This document shows, in pieces, positions 1-12,500 of a stretch of 58,482 nt of DNA. The notes under the pieces were generated by a model that worked only from the letters and a program-made list of their open reading frames with translations, ran no database searches and was not told the DNA's origin. Origin of the DNA: Macrostomum lignano (lineage: Eukaryota); contig NIVC01004139.1 of NCBI GenBank assembly GCA_002269645.1, positions 1 to 58,482 on the forward strand, in the 5' to 3' direction. The translations under genes were made by a program, and so were the position numbers. Within the stretch, counting starts at the first letter, position 1. The number at the start of each line of letters is the position of its first letter.

Positions 1-91
1 ACACCCTGATTTGGCAGCTCTGACACCCTGATTTGGCAGCTCTGACACCCTGATTTTGCAGCTCTGACACCCTGATTTGACAGCTCTGACA
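1..91. repeat. 22-bp tandem minisatellite (ACACCCTGATTTGGCAGCTCTG), about 4 units, cut by the window start
   Basis: Direct head-to-tail units visible from position 1. Confidence 0.95.
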
Positions 92-2309
92 CTCTAATCG
101 TAGTTTGTTACAATGAGAATAAATATTTCAGTGTTTGAGGTTGCCCTGGACCCTACCATCCGGAAGCAACTATCATATCCCAAGGAGCTGCATTTGCTGT
201 CTTTTTTTGGACAGCTAATCAATGAGATCGGGGCGCGACTGTCTGTCATAATAGAAAAATCAGGCGATTGAATCATAAGGAAGTCTCTCTCGTATGCCGT
301 ATCAGTGGCATCACAGATATAGGCTTGATATTCCTATAGTCGCAGCTGCAAATCGAATTGCTTGAGCCTGCATGCATTGACAGGGGCAGAAGACGGACAG
401 AGTAATGCCGTCAAAAGGCAAAGCAAAGCCAGGGCGCACAGACGATGTAGGCGACTTGTGCCTCAAAATATTTGGCTACAGTTCTTACAAATTTTGCCAC
501 TCTCTGGCCAGCAGTAGTCGGGGACTAGTTGAGCGCGGGTGCGAAAATTCATGAATATTTGCAAAGTGCGCGAAATAGCAAGAAATTGCCCATAGCCGGA
601 GCGATCGACTAACCTACTACAAAGCTGCATAATTAGCTGGCTGTTGGCAGTGTCCAGCTTACATATTTATATATGGCCGATCGGGCCTCATTAGCATAGA
701 CTGATGCAGCAGGCCCGGAGGATCGGGAGACTACAGCGCTTATTCGATCGATTTTACTTGCTGACCGCGCCAACTTGAGGAGCCATCAAGGCTGTGGTTA
801 GAGATGCCTGAATAAGACGCCCAAATAACGCCTGCAAATTGCTCTTCAACAGACAAAGTTGTAGAAATGCGATGCCAAGCTTGGCTCAAATAACACTTGG
901 AAATCGAAATCTAGCAGTCACAAAGGAAGCTACGAGCGTGCTATCCACCTATTTAACCCTGACGCCAGGGCTACGGCCGGACGCGCCGCTACGTGAATTG
1001 CCTGCTGGATGACGCTGGGGTGATCGGCCAGGCGCACGTTGTTGCCGCCTTTAGAGAGCTCGCGCTGAGGAAACTCATCTGACATTTTTATGAACTGTAC
1101 ATGTACTTTGTTCCCCGGCGGTGTGCCTTGTTCTTGTTCTCTTTTGTTAGCCGTCAGTTACGAGTATACTTTGACGAAATCGCATGATTTGAAGCCATCT
1201 TTGGTATCCTTCACAGCGCAATTCAAGATTAGACCCTATAAACAATAAATAACACGACAGAAAGAAAATGAAGTCTGCTTCGATATGCAGCAAAGACATT
1301 GATGGGAAACTGTCGTTTATCCACTAAGAATTTCTAACCATTTTCTAATTGAATAGATGTAGAAGCGATCTGCTTGCCGACACTTTAAATTCGGCTGTGA
1401 CGAGTAAAAAATTCATCGCACAATCTTAGTCCTAAAGAGGGTCCAGATCCGTCAACAGCTTTCATTTGAGCATCAAGTGGCATCAGGAGGCTCGGGTGTC
1501 CTACAATTCACCAAGGCAGCTGATGAGGAACCATTGGCAAGTCAGCAAGTCAGTCAAAGTGTTCCTTCAGAATGGTATAAATGCTTCCGAATCCAAATCG
1601 TACCAACATCCTGACAAATCTCCTGGTAGTCCTGAATTCAGTGCAGATTTTTTAAGGCGTCACTGCATCTCATGGCCTCCCGGATCTGTGCTCATCCTGC
1701 AGCGATGTCTAGCAACCTAGACCAAACTCAGCGAGCAAGTTTTAACAGTGACGCAGCAAGGACCTTGACGAACAAGACAGCTCCTGTCCTGGAACTGTTT
1801 CCCTTGTCGTCTGAATTGAATCAACTTTACAACAATTTTTTCCTGTCGCATGACTCGACACGGAGAGGACATGGTCAACGATAGGAAAGCATGCAGGCAG
1901 CAATTGTCATTTTCTTCATGCAGGACGCACACCAAAGATACTGCATCCGTAGCCGCAGGCTTTGCACTAATGAATCGAGGGCTCCAGCAAGGCAGGGACG
2001 CATCTGTTAGCGAAGTCCGATCAGCACCAGAGCAAACACCACGTCAGTAGAGACAGTTGGAAAAACACCAGTCATCCATCCAGGCCTTATCTCTGTGCAG
2101 CCAACAGCGCTATAATAACAGGCTTCTGTCCTACAGTCTCTTTTTCGGTCGCGCTGGTTCGGTTGACTGTTTGCACGCTTCTTGTGTAATTGAAGAATAA
2201 GTAAGAACTTATCTACTCGTTATGTAACTTTAAGTATCCGTTGTGTAAATGCACCTTTTAAATGAATTAATTTATGATTTATCCACCCAACATGACTGAC
2301 AAGCTAAAC

Positions 2310-2600
2310 CAGGGGTCGGCAAGCTTCATCCTGCGGGATACATGCGGCGGGCGCAGCCTCTCTATCCGGACCTCGGGTCCTGCTTTTCCCCCCACTTTTA
2401 TCTCTGTCTATCTGCCCATCTCTACTCTTCTCTCGCTCCTCTATGTCCCCTCTTTTTCTCTGTTCTTTCTCCTCTATCTCTCTGTCCTCTCTCCCCTCTT
2501 CTCTCCACTCCCTCCCTTCTCTAATTTTTGATCTTCCATTCTCTTTCCTTTCCACTCTCATCTGGCCCGCAGCCGATACGGGAGAGGAGAGAGGAAGGGC
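2310..2600 (+). mobile_element. hAT/Charlie-like MITE remnant
   Basis: Starts CAGGGGTCGGCAA (Charlie/MER58-type terminal), followed by a CT-rich tract and CTCTCATCTGGCC. That core is shared with copies at 36648-36800 and 55600-55753. No second end found. Confidence 0.4.
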
Positions 2601-3182
2601 AGAGAGAGGAACAGGTAAGGTTGCACAGCGGATCAAAGGAGTGCATGCAGAAAAGGCAGAGCAGCATTAGAGAAGTGGCACTGCCTGCGAGCAGGGGCAG
2701 AGGCAAAACGGCGAGCCCGTAGAGCGCAAATTGATTAAAAATCATTACAAATAAACACAAAAAACAGTTCAGAATTTTCTTATTAACCGAAGCCACCAAC
2801 AAGCCCCGCAAGAGCCGAACCGAGTGCAGCAGTGGGGTGGTACCGGGGCTAGCAACAGGGCAATAAAATATTCAGTTAAGCCTATTCAGTGGCAGGTAAA
2901 CAATGGCTTATATTTACACAACAAATAGTTAAATAGGCTTTTAACATACGCGAGTTACCTAATAACAAATTAATTACGGAAAGGAGTAAGATTAATAGTG
3001 AAATAGCGAGCTCGGGTACTGGCTCCTCCGCAATGTAATTTAATTATTATAATGCAGTACATAACTTTAACATGAGCAGGAGAAGGCAAAGTTATAACTT
3101 AATAGACTATTAGAGCAGGTGCAGGGCTCGGAAATGTGGGGAATCTCAAGTTAAGATGTACTCGTAACACTTGGGTTAGTTT

Positions 3183-3508
3183 CATCATTGTCAGCCTCAT
3201 TATCAGCCACATTATCAGTCTCATTATCAATCTCATTGTCAATCATTATCAGCCTCATTATCAGTCTCATTGTCAATCATTGTCAGCCTCATTATCAGCC
3301 ACATTATCAATCTCATTATCAATCTCATTGTCAATCATTATCAGCCTCATTATCAGTCTCATTGTCAATCATTGTCAGCCTCATTATCAGCCACATTATC
3401 AATCTCATTATCAGCCTCATTATCAATCTCATTATCAGCCTCATTATTAATCTCCTTATCAGCCTCATTATCAACCCCATTATCAGCCTCATTATCAACC
3501 TCATTATC
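3183..3508. repeat. 12-bp tandem repeat (CTCATTATCAGC / CTCATTATCAAT) at the start of the WDR33 3' UTR
   Basis: About 27 degenerate units; the array overlaps the WDR33 stop codon at 3504-3506. Confidence 0.92.
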
Positions 3509-6500
3509 GCCAGCCTCCACGATGCTGCTGCTGATAGTGAGGCGGTCTCGGCCGCATTTGGGGGCCGCCTCCGGCGCCAGGAAATCGCGGCCCGGGGCCC
3601 CATGGAGGCCGCCCGCTGGAACCCATCGGGGCGCCGTCCCAGCCGCGCTTCTGCCCGTGCGGCGGCATCGGCGGCGGCCTCGGGCCGCGGAACTGCGGCT
3701 GCGGCGGAAAAGGGTAGCTGCCACGCCGCTGCTGCTGCGGCATCGGCGGCTCCTCGTAGGACTCGCCCGAATCGCCGTAGGCTCCGTAATTGCCGTAAGA
3801 ATCGCCTTCGCCTTTGTCTGAGCCGCCGATTCCCCCCTGCTGCGGCGGCTGGCCTCGGCGGGACTCTGAACGGCGAATGCCGTAGGCGCCCATGGGGCCA
3901 GGCGTGGCCGCGTACGGGTTTTCGTGGTGTTCTGTGGCGAACAAGATTGGGTTTTTGACTGACTGAATCTGTCAAGCCATTCTGCAGCAGTCTACCCACT
4001 CAATAGGCTTTACCCATTCAGTCTGCAGATGTTAGTTACCCGATACATCTACTCTACCCACCAAGTCTACTCTACCCACTCAGTCTGCCTTACCATAATC
4101 AGTCGATTTCGACTACCTAATCTACTCTCCCCATCGTTTCACTCTACCCCAACTAAGTCTGATCAGTCTATTCTACCCTAATTAGTCTACTCTATCCACA
4201 GTCTACTTTACCCACAGTCTACTCTACCCACACACTATTCTACCCTGAACGGTTTACTTTACTACAGTCTACTCTCTACCCTAACCATTCTACTCTAAGC
4301 TCGTACCCTCACAATCTACTTTACCAACAGTCTACTCTACCCTAAACGGTCTACCCTACCAGTGTATCCACACTTAATACGACTAGTCCTACAGTGCCTA
4401 CTCAGCCTACTATACAAGCCACGCAGTCCACTCTCTTAGCCACTCTCACAAAGCACTCTACCAGGCTAGCCGCTTCTCACTAGCACTACAAAGCATCCAA
4501 TCTCAGATGCTGTTGAGATGTCTCCTACTCTGCTGTCAATCTGCATGCTTAGCAGGCCTCTCACTTGTCTAGTTTCTCATTCCTAAAGCGTGTCACTGTT
4601 GAATGATTGCCAAACCCTGACACTTGGGCAGAGTAAAAAGAATTGCAGCCTGCGCCCTCCTGTCAAATTGCACTAAATAATTCAAAGGCATTGCTGCAAT
4701 ACCTACTTAGGCAATAGTACAATGCTATTAAATAATTTACAATAGGACTGTAACAATATAAGTATAATCTAGGAAAATTTCTACAACTTCCTGAAATATA
4801 GGGGTGATAACTCTGGCCAGTCCGCGGGCAAATTAGTAAATATGAAAAGTACACAACATTCAAACCAATTAAGCAACCGTATTGCGAGAAGTGTCATTAG
4901 GAAAATTCGAAAAACTTTCTCCCCGAGCAAATGGAAAACAATTACAAGTCTATCCTGTAATGGACTTTATGGTCTGGTAAAATCAATATAGAATAACACT
5001 GAATTCATAGAAAAACTAGTCGGGATGATACTCGGGCATCTGGGGAAGAATGAAGGTTAGGCAACTAGGGAATGAAGGTTAGGCAACTAGGGAATGAAGG
5101 TTAGACAACTAGGGAATGAAGGTTAGGCAACTGGGGAATGAAGGTTAGGCAACTGGGGAATGAAGCTTAGGCAACTAGGGAATGAAGGTTAGGCAACTGG
5201 GAATGAAGGTTAGGCAACTAGGGAATGAAGGTTAGGCAACTGGGGAATGAAGGTTAGGCAACTGGGGAATGAAGCTTAGGCAACTAGGGAATGAAGGTTA
5301 GACAACTAGGGAATGAAGGTTAGGCAACTAGGGAATGAAGGTTAGGCAACTGGGGAATGAAGGTTAGGCAACTGGGAATGAAGCTTAGGCAACTAGGGAA
5401 TGAAGGTTAGGCAACTGGGGAATGAAGGTTAGGCAACTAGGGAATGAAGGTTAGGCAACTAGGGAATGAAGGTTAGGCAACTAGGGAATGAAGGTTAGGC
5501 AACTAGGGAATGAAGGTTAGGCAACTAGGGAATGAAGGTTAGGCAACTGGGGAATGAAGGTTAGGCAACTGGGGAATGAAGGTTAGGCAACTAGGGAATG
5601 AAGCTTAGGCAACTAGGGAATGAAGGTTAGGCAACTAGGGAATGAAGCTTAGGCAGCTGGGAAATGAAACTTCTTGGCCAATTGAGACAAGCGGAAGCCA
5701 ATTGAGACAAACGGAAGCCAATTGAGACAAACGGAAGCCAATTGAGACAAACGGAAGCCAATGAGACAAACGGAAGCCAATTGAGACAAACGGAAGTCAA
5801 TTGAGACAAACGGAAGCCAATTGAGACAAACGGAAGCCAATTGAGACAAACGGAAGTCAATTGAGACAAACGGAAGCCAATTGAGACAAACGGAAGCCAA
5901 TGAGACAAACGGAAGCCAATTGAGACAAACGGAAGCCAATTGAGACAAACGGAAGCCAATTGAGACAAACGGAAGCAAATTGAGACAAACGGAAGCCAAT
6001 TGAGACAAACGGAAGCCAATTGAGACAAACGGAAGCCAGTCACGAAGTTTAAAGACAGGTTGAAAAAAGGGAGCCACTTACGCAGGCCGGCGCCACCCCC
6101 CGAATCGGGGGTCCCGGCGCGGGAGTGTCAGCCATGGGGATGAACGATTCGTCCTCCAGCTCATCGGCGCCCTCCAAACCCGGCAGGCCGGGCCGGGCCT
6201 TCACCCAGGCTGCCTGGAAACTCTTTGGTATGGCCTTGCTAGCTGGCCGCTTTCTCGGCTGACGCGGCTCGCCGGACTCTTCGCCGCCTCCAGCCGCGTC
6301 GGCTTCTGCGGCGCTGCTCCGAATGCCCGGGATGTTCTGCGCGGTGCCGTCGCCCAGCGCCGGGATGGCCGATTCGTCATCGTTGGCGCGGACGCCCGGC
6401 TTGAAGCGCAGGTTGGGGCCGACGCGAACGTTTGAAGGAGTTTGCACCGGGCCGTGATGTGCGGCCGCCGCAGGGGCGCCCTTGAAATGGGAGGTGGGAG

Positions 6501-9500
6501 GGAGGGGATTCATTCAATGCGGAGTCTGTCAGCTATATAAAGTGAGGAATGAAAACTTTCCAGGAAATATTCGCCTAGATACCTAAATACCAGCTGTCAA
6601 TCGATCGTAGGATTCAGCAAAATCAATCACAAACACAATGTCTGTCCGGATAATCAAGCAGACACAATGTCTGTCCGGATAATCAAGCAGACACAATGTC
6701 TGTTCGGATAATCAAGCAGACACAATGTCTGTTCGGATAATCAAGCAGACACAATGTCTGTCCGGATAATCAAGCAGAGACACAATGTCTGTCAGGATAA
6801 TCAAGCAGAGACACAATGTATGTCCGGATAATCAAGCAGAGACACAGTGTATGTATCGATAATCAAGCAGAGACACAGTGTATGTCCCGATAATCAAGCA
6901 GAGACCCAGTGTATGTCCCGATAATCAAGCAGAGACCCAGTGTATGTCCCGATAATCAAGCAGAGACCCAGTGTATGTCCCGATAATCAAGCAGAGACCC
7001 AGTGTATGTCCCGATAATCAAGCAGAGACCCAGTGTATGTCCCGATAATCAAGCAGAGACCCAGTGTATGTCCCGATAATCAAGCAGAGACCCAGTGTAT
7101 GTCCCGATAATCAAGCAGAGACCCAGTGTATGTCCCGATAATCAAGCAGAGACCCATTGTATGTCCCGATAATCAAGCAGAGACCCAGTGTATATCCCGA
7201 TAATCAAGCAGACACAATGTCTGTAAGGAAAATACATTCTTAACAGACACTCAACAGACAACCCACCCCTCCGCCGCCGTGGCCACCACGGAAGCTGCCG
7301 CCTCCGCCGCCGCGGTAGCCCTGATGAAAATGGCCTCCGCGACCGCCGGCCCGTCCCCCACGACCGCCTCTGAAGTTGCTGCCGCCTCCTCCTCGTTGAT
7401 GGTGATGGTGATGATGATCCCGATGGTGGTGATGCTGCTGGATTTGCTGCCGATGATGCCCGCCAGCCTGCTGTCGATGGTCACGACGGTCGACAACGCC
7501 GGTGACAGGGGCTGCGACGGCGCCGCCGGGCACGACTTTAGGCGCGTCGCGGATCACGTCGCCGGGCCGGTTGCGGCTCCAGAATTTGCTGCGGTTTTTT
7601 TGAACGACAAAAAGTGAGGATTTAGCAACTTGCTAAATTGTCTACTGCAAGTAATAAAATGAAGTCAATCGATCTCAAAAATGGATCTCACGTGGAGAAG
7701 TCGTTCGACCCGGTGACAATGATGTGCCCGAGCGGGTGCCAGGCCAGAGACCAGATCATGTTCTCGTGCGCGTCTTCAACACAGCCGACGTCCGTTCTGG
7801 TGCCGACGTTCCAGAACATCATGGCACCGTCGGCGCCGCCGCTGGCAAACAGTGACTCGTACTCTGGGTGCCAGGCAACCCGCATGACGTCCTTCTTGTG
7901 TCCACGAAATGTTTGCAAATCCTGGCGCAGGTTGCGCACGTCAAATAGCTTTATGAGGTTGTCTCTTGAAGCTGTCAGAAACCAATTGCCGTTGCGGTTC
8001 CACTGCACGTCTGTGCAAGTGTTCTTGTGCACATAGCTGTTGGTGTTGAGTGGCAGTTAAGACGATTCTCTGGTCTGGTTGAGGGTGATTCTCTGGTCTG
8101 GTTGGGGGCGATTCTCTGGTCTGGTTGGGGACGATTCTCTGGTCTGGTTGGGGGCGATTCTCTGGTCTGGTTGGGGCGATTCTCTGGTCTGGTTGGGGAC
8201 GATTCTCTGGTCTGGTTGGGGACGATTCTCTGGTCTGGTTGAGGGCGATTCTCTGGTCTGGTTGAGGGCGATTCTCTGGTCTGGTTGGGGGCGATTCTCT
8301 AGTCTGGTTGGGGGCGATTCTCTAGTCTGGTTGGGGGCGATTCTCTGGTCTGGTTGGGGGCGATTCTCTGGTCTGGTTGGGGCGATTCTCTGGTCGAGTT
8401 GGCAGCAAAATCAGCAGACTTTCACTAAAAAAGCTTACAGCGTAGTCAAAGATTCGCCACTTTTCGGGTCCCATAACTTAATGGGCTGCTGAGCGTCTTT
8501 GCTGCCGGAGATCACCAAGGATTTATGCGGGTGCCAGGCTACGCTGCGGACATCGGCGCCGTGACCTGTGAAGGGAGGGCAACAGAGGTTACGTATCTCT
8601 GTTTGAATTTTTTCGGCAGATTACTCCCAACCCTGCAATCTTATTGAATCAATGAGCAGCTAACTCTCACAGCTTCTCAATAGCATGCATCTGAACAGCT
8701 TCATTGATACCTAAACATCATCTGAACAACTTCACCGACGCCTGAACATCTGCACCGACGCCTGAACATCTCCGCCGACACCTGAACAACTTCACCGACA
8801 CCTGAACATCTTCATTTATACCTGAACAACTCCACAGACACCTGAACAACTTCACCGACACCTGAACATCTCCACAGACACCTGAACATCTCCACCGACA
8901 CCTGAACAACTTCACCGACAGCTGAACATCTCCACAGACACCTGAACATCTCCACAGACACCTGAACATCTTCATTTATACCTGAACAACTCCACAGACA
9001 CCTGAACAACTTCACCGACACCTGAACATCTCCACAGACACCTGAACATCTCCACCGACACCTGAACAACTTCACCGACAGCTGAACATCTCCACAGACA
9101 CCTGAACATCTCCACAGACACCTGAACATCTCCACCGACACCTGAACAACTTCACCGACAGCTGAACAACTTCATCGACACCTGAACATCTTCATTTATA
9201 CCTGAACAACTCCACAGACACCTGAACAACTCCACAGACACCTGAACAACTTCACCGACAGCTGAACATCTCCACAGACACCTGAACAACTCCACAGACA
9301 CCTGAACAACTCCACAGACACCTGAACAACTTCACCGACACCTGAACATCTCCACAGACACCTGAACATCTCTACCGACACCTGAACATCTCCACCGACA
9401 CCTGAACATCTCCACCGACATCTGAACAACTTCATCGACGCCTGAACATCTTCATTTATACCTGAACTACTCTATTGATAGCTGAACTACTTTAACTCTG

Positions 9501-12500
9501 CATATTCTAGTTTACCTTGCTAATAACCGGACTGGAATGAAACCGACATGCATTCTCCCCCTACCAATAATGCTTCTACTTTCGATTAATATGTACAAGT
9601 TTTTAAACCATCAAAATTACATGTACTTCACTCACTATATATATACTGTTTGCGTTAAATAACTTTGTTCAAATAAACTTCGCCCTGAAGATGTCCAATT
9701 GATGGACGAAATGCATCGGCAACTCAAATAAATAAATAACTAACTTCATTTTGATATTTACCTTTATTTATTTACTCTTCATCAAGCGAGCCACTTTACC
9801 TGAACTACTTCATTTATACCTGAATTAAGTTAACCAATGCCTCAACAGCTCTACCGATGCCCGAAACAGAACACCGACATCCGACAGACTGTACGAAGCC
9901 TCAGAGCTCCGGTGACATTACAATTCAAACTTCCTAAGAAAATCAATAAAAGGCAACAGCAGGGCAACTCACCTCGAAGCACTCTCTCCTCTCTGCAGCG
10001 AACGAAATCCCAAATTCGAACCGTGGCATCGTCCGAACAGGTGACAAACTTTGTGTCGGTTGGGCAGAAGCTTGCAACGGATTGAAACAAAGAAATGAAA
10101 GAAAACTAAAGAGAGAAAACAAAACTAACATTTTTCGTAATATTATATTTTGTTGTCTATAAGCGTATGGCTATGGCCGGGATAATTCATCGGCTTTATT
10201 AATATGATTTATAAATCCTGTCAAAAGTATTATCTAATTTAAGGCATTGATTTTAGAAAGTAACTTTATTTTAGGAGTCCTTGTGAGAAAATGTAATTAA
10301 ATTTTATTTTGCCAACGAATCGTCTAGCGAATATCTATTGATCTCAAGATGCTGTTAAATTGGCATCTTAGTACCGAGGCTGGGCGAATTCAGGATCAAA
10401 ATAAATACATTCTTTTTGTCTTAATCTGAGCCGATTTCACATTTCCATTGAGGGACAATTCAAGGTCGAGGTTAAGGTCGGATTAATGCTTGGGTGTATG
10501 CCGGATTAAGGCTTGGATCTATGCCGGATTAAGGGTTGGGTTGAGACCGGATTAAGGGTTGGGCTGAGACCGGATTAAGGGTTGGGCTGAGACCGGATTA
10601 AGGGTTGGGTTGAGACCGGATTAAGGGTTGGGCTGAGACCAGATTAAGGGTTGGGCTGAGACCAGATTAAGGGTTGGGCTGAGACCGGATTAAGGGTTGG
10701 GCTGAGACCGGATTAAGGGTTGGGCTGAGACCGGATTAAGGGTTGGGTTGAGACCGGATTAAGGGTTGGGTTGAGACAGGATTAAGGGTTGGGCTGAGAC
10801 CGGATTAAGGGTTGGGCTGAGACCGGATTAAGGGTCGGATTGAGACCGGATTAAGGGTTGGGCTGAGACCGGATTAAGGGTTGGGCTGAGACCGGATTAA
10901 GGGTCGGATTGAGACCGGATTAAGGGTTGGGCTGAGACCGGATTAAGGGTTGGGCTGAGACCGGATTAAGGGTCGGATTGAGACCGGATTAAGGGTTGGG
11001 CTGAGACCGGATTAAGGGTCGGATTGAGACCGGATTAAGGGTCGGATTGAGACCGGATTAAGGGTTGGGCTGAGACCGGATTAAGGGTCGGATTGAGACC
11101 GGATTAAGGGTCGGATTGAGACCGGATTAAGGGTCGGATTGAGACCGGATTAAGGGTTGGGCTGAGACCGAATTAAGAGTTGGGTTTAGGCCGGCAAGTT
11201 AAGTGATAACAATACCTGGTTGTGATGTCAAGCTTTCAAAGAGTTCAACATGCAACATCACCCAAGCCGACCGCTCGTGCGCTATAAGCTTGCAATAATG
11301 TTACGATAATTGAAAATCACCGAAAAGTGAAGATCAACCAGTCCATAGTTGAGTTTTAATGTTGATTCACTTTCTAAACAGTTCTAATATTAATAAAAAA
11401 TCAATATAGATATATTTGAATAAAGGTGCAATTGACAAAGCATATATTGCAATAAATATGAAATGCTGCATCAATTTTAATATAAAAAATATGTTCGGGC
11501 ATCAAGGACGGCATCTAATTATGAATTGTTTATTTTCATTCACGTACGCCCGATGCACTTTCTGTGAGTCACCGACTTTGCCATAATGCTAAAATAGCAC
11601 CATTCTATGTTGCAATCAGCTACCGCATGCTCCTCCGTATTTTTATCCAATATATTTATTTTAATTTACTCATAAAAATTATTAAATGCACACCTGCAGC
11701 CCCGAATGGGGTCTTTGTGAGCCTGATACATCTTCACATTGTTCATGTTGGCCTGCCAGTACTTCACGTAGCCGGCGTTGTCCGCCGTGAGCAGCCAGTC
11801 CTCGTTGTGCGACCACAGCATGCAGCGGATTGAGGACTCGTGCGCCTGCGGATGAGCAAGTTCGAAATGCCTAATGCATTAATACGGTTTGGGTGTAGCT
11901 ATAATGACCGATTGAATGCGTGGCTACCCAATGACCAATTGAATGCGTGGCTACCCAATGACCAATTGAATGCGTGGCTACCCAATGACCAATTGAATGC
12001 GTGGCTACCCAATGACCGATTGAGTGCATGGCTACCCAATGACCAATTGAATGCGCGGCTACCCAATGACCAATTGAATGCGTGGCTACCCAATGACCAA
12101 TTGAATGCGTGGCTACCCAATGACCAATTGAATGCGTGGCTACCCAATGACCAATTGAATGCGTGGCTACCCAATGACCAATTGAATGCGTGGCTACCCA
12201 ATGACCAATTGAATGCGTGGCTACCCAATGACCGAATGAGGGGTGTGAGAGAGTGACTACCCAATGCCCGAATGAGGGGTGTGAGAGAGTGACTACCCAA
12301 TGCCCGAATGAGGGGTGTGAGAGAGTGACTACCCAATGACCGAATGAGAGGTGAGAGAGTGACTACCCAATGCCCGAATGAGGGCTGTGAGAGAGTGACT
12401 ACCCAATGACCGAATGAGAGGTGAGAGAGTGACTACCCAATGCCCGAATGAGGGCTGTGAGAGAGTGACTACCCAATGACCGAATGAGAGGTGAGAGAGT

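Noticed and set aside
157-333. Possible phase 0-0 minus-strand exon (EYQAYICDATDTAYERDFLMIQSPDF...CFRM) with AG and GT ends, next to the array at 1-91
   Set aside because: Plausible, but I could not link it to another exon or recognise the peptide.
1466-2050. Cluster of short ORFs with coding-like composition
   Set aside because: Stops in all frames and no recognisable homology; possibly a decayed pseudogene or transposon.
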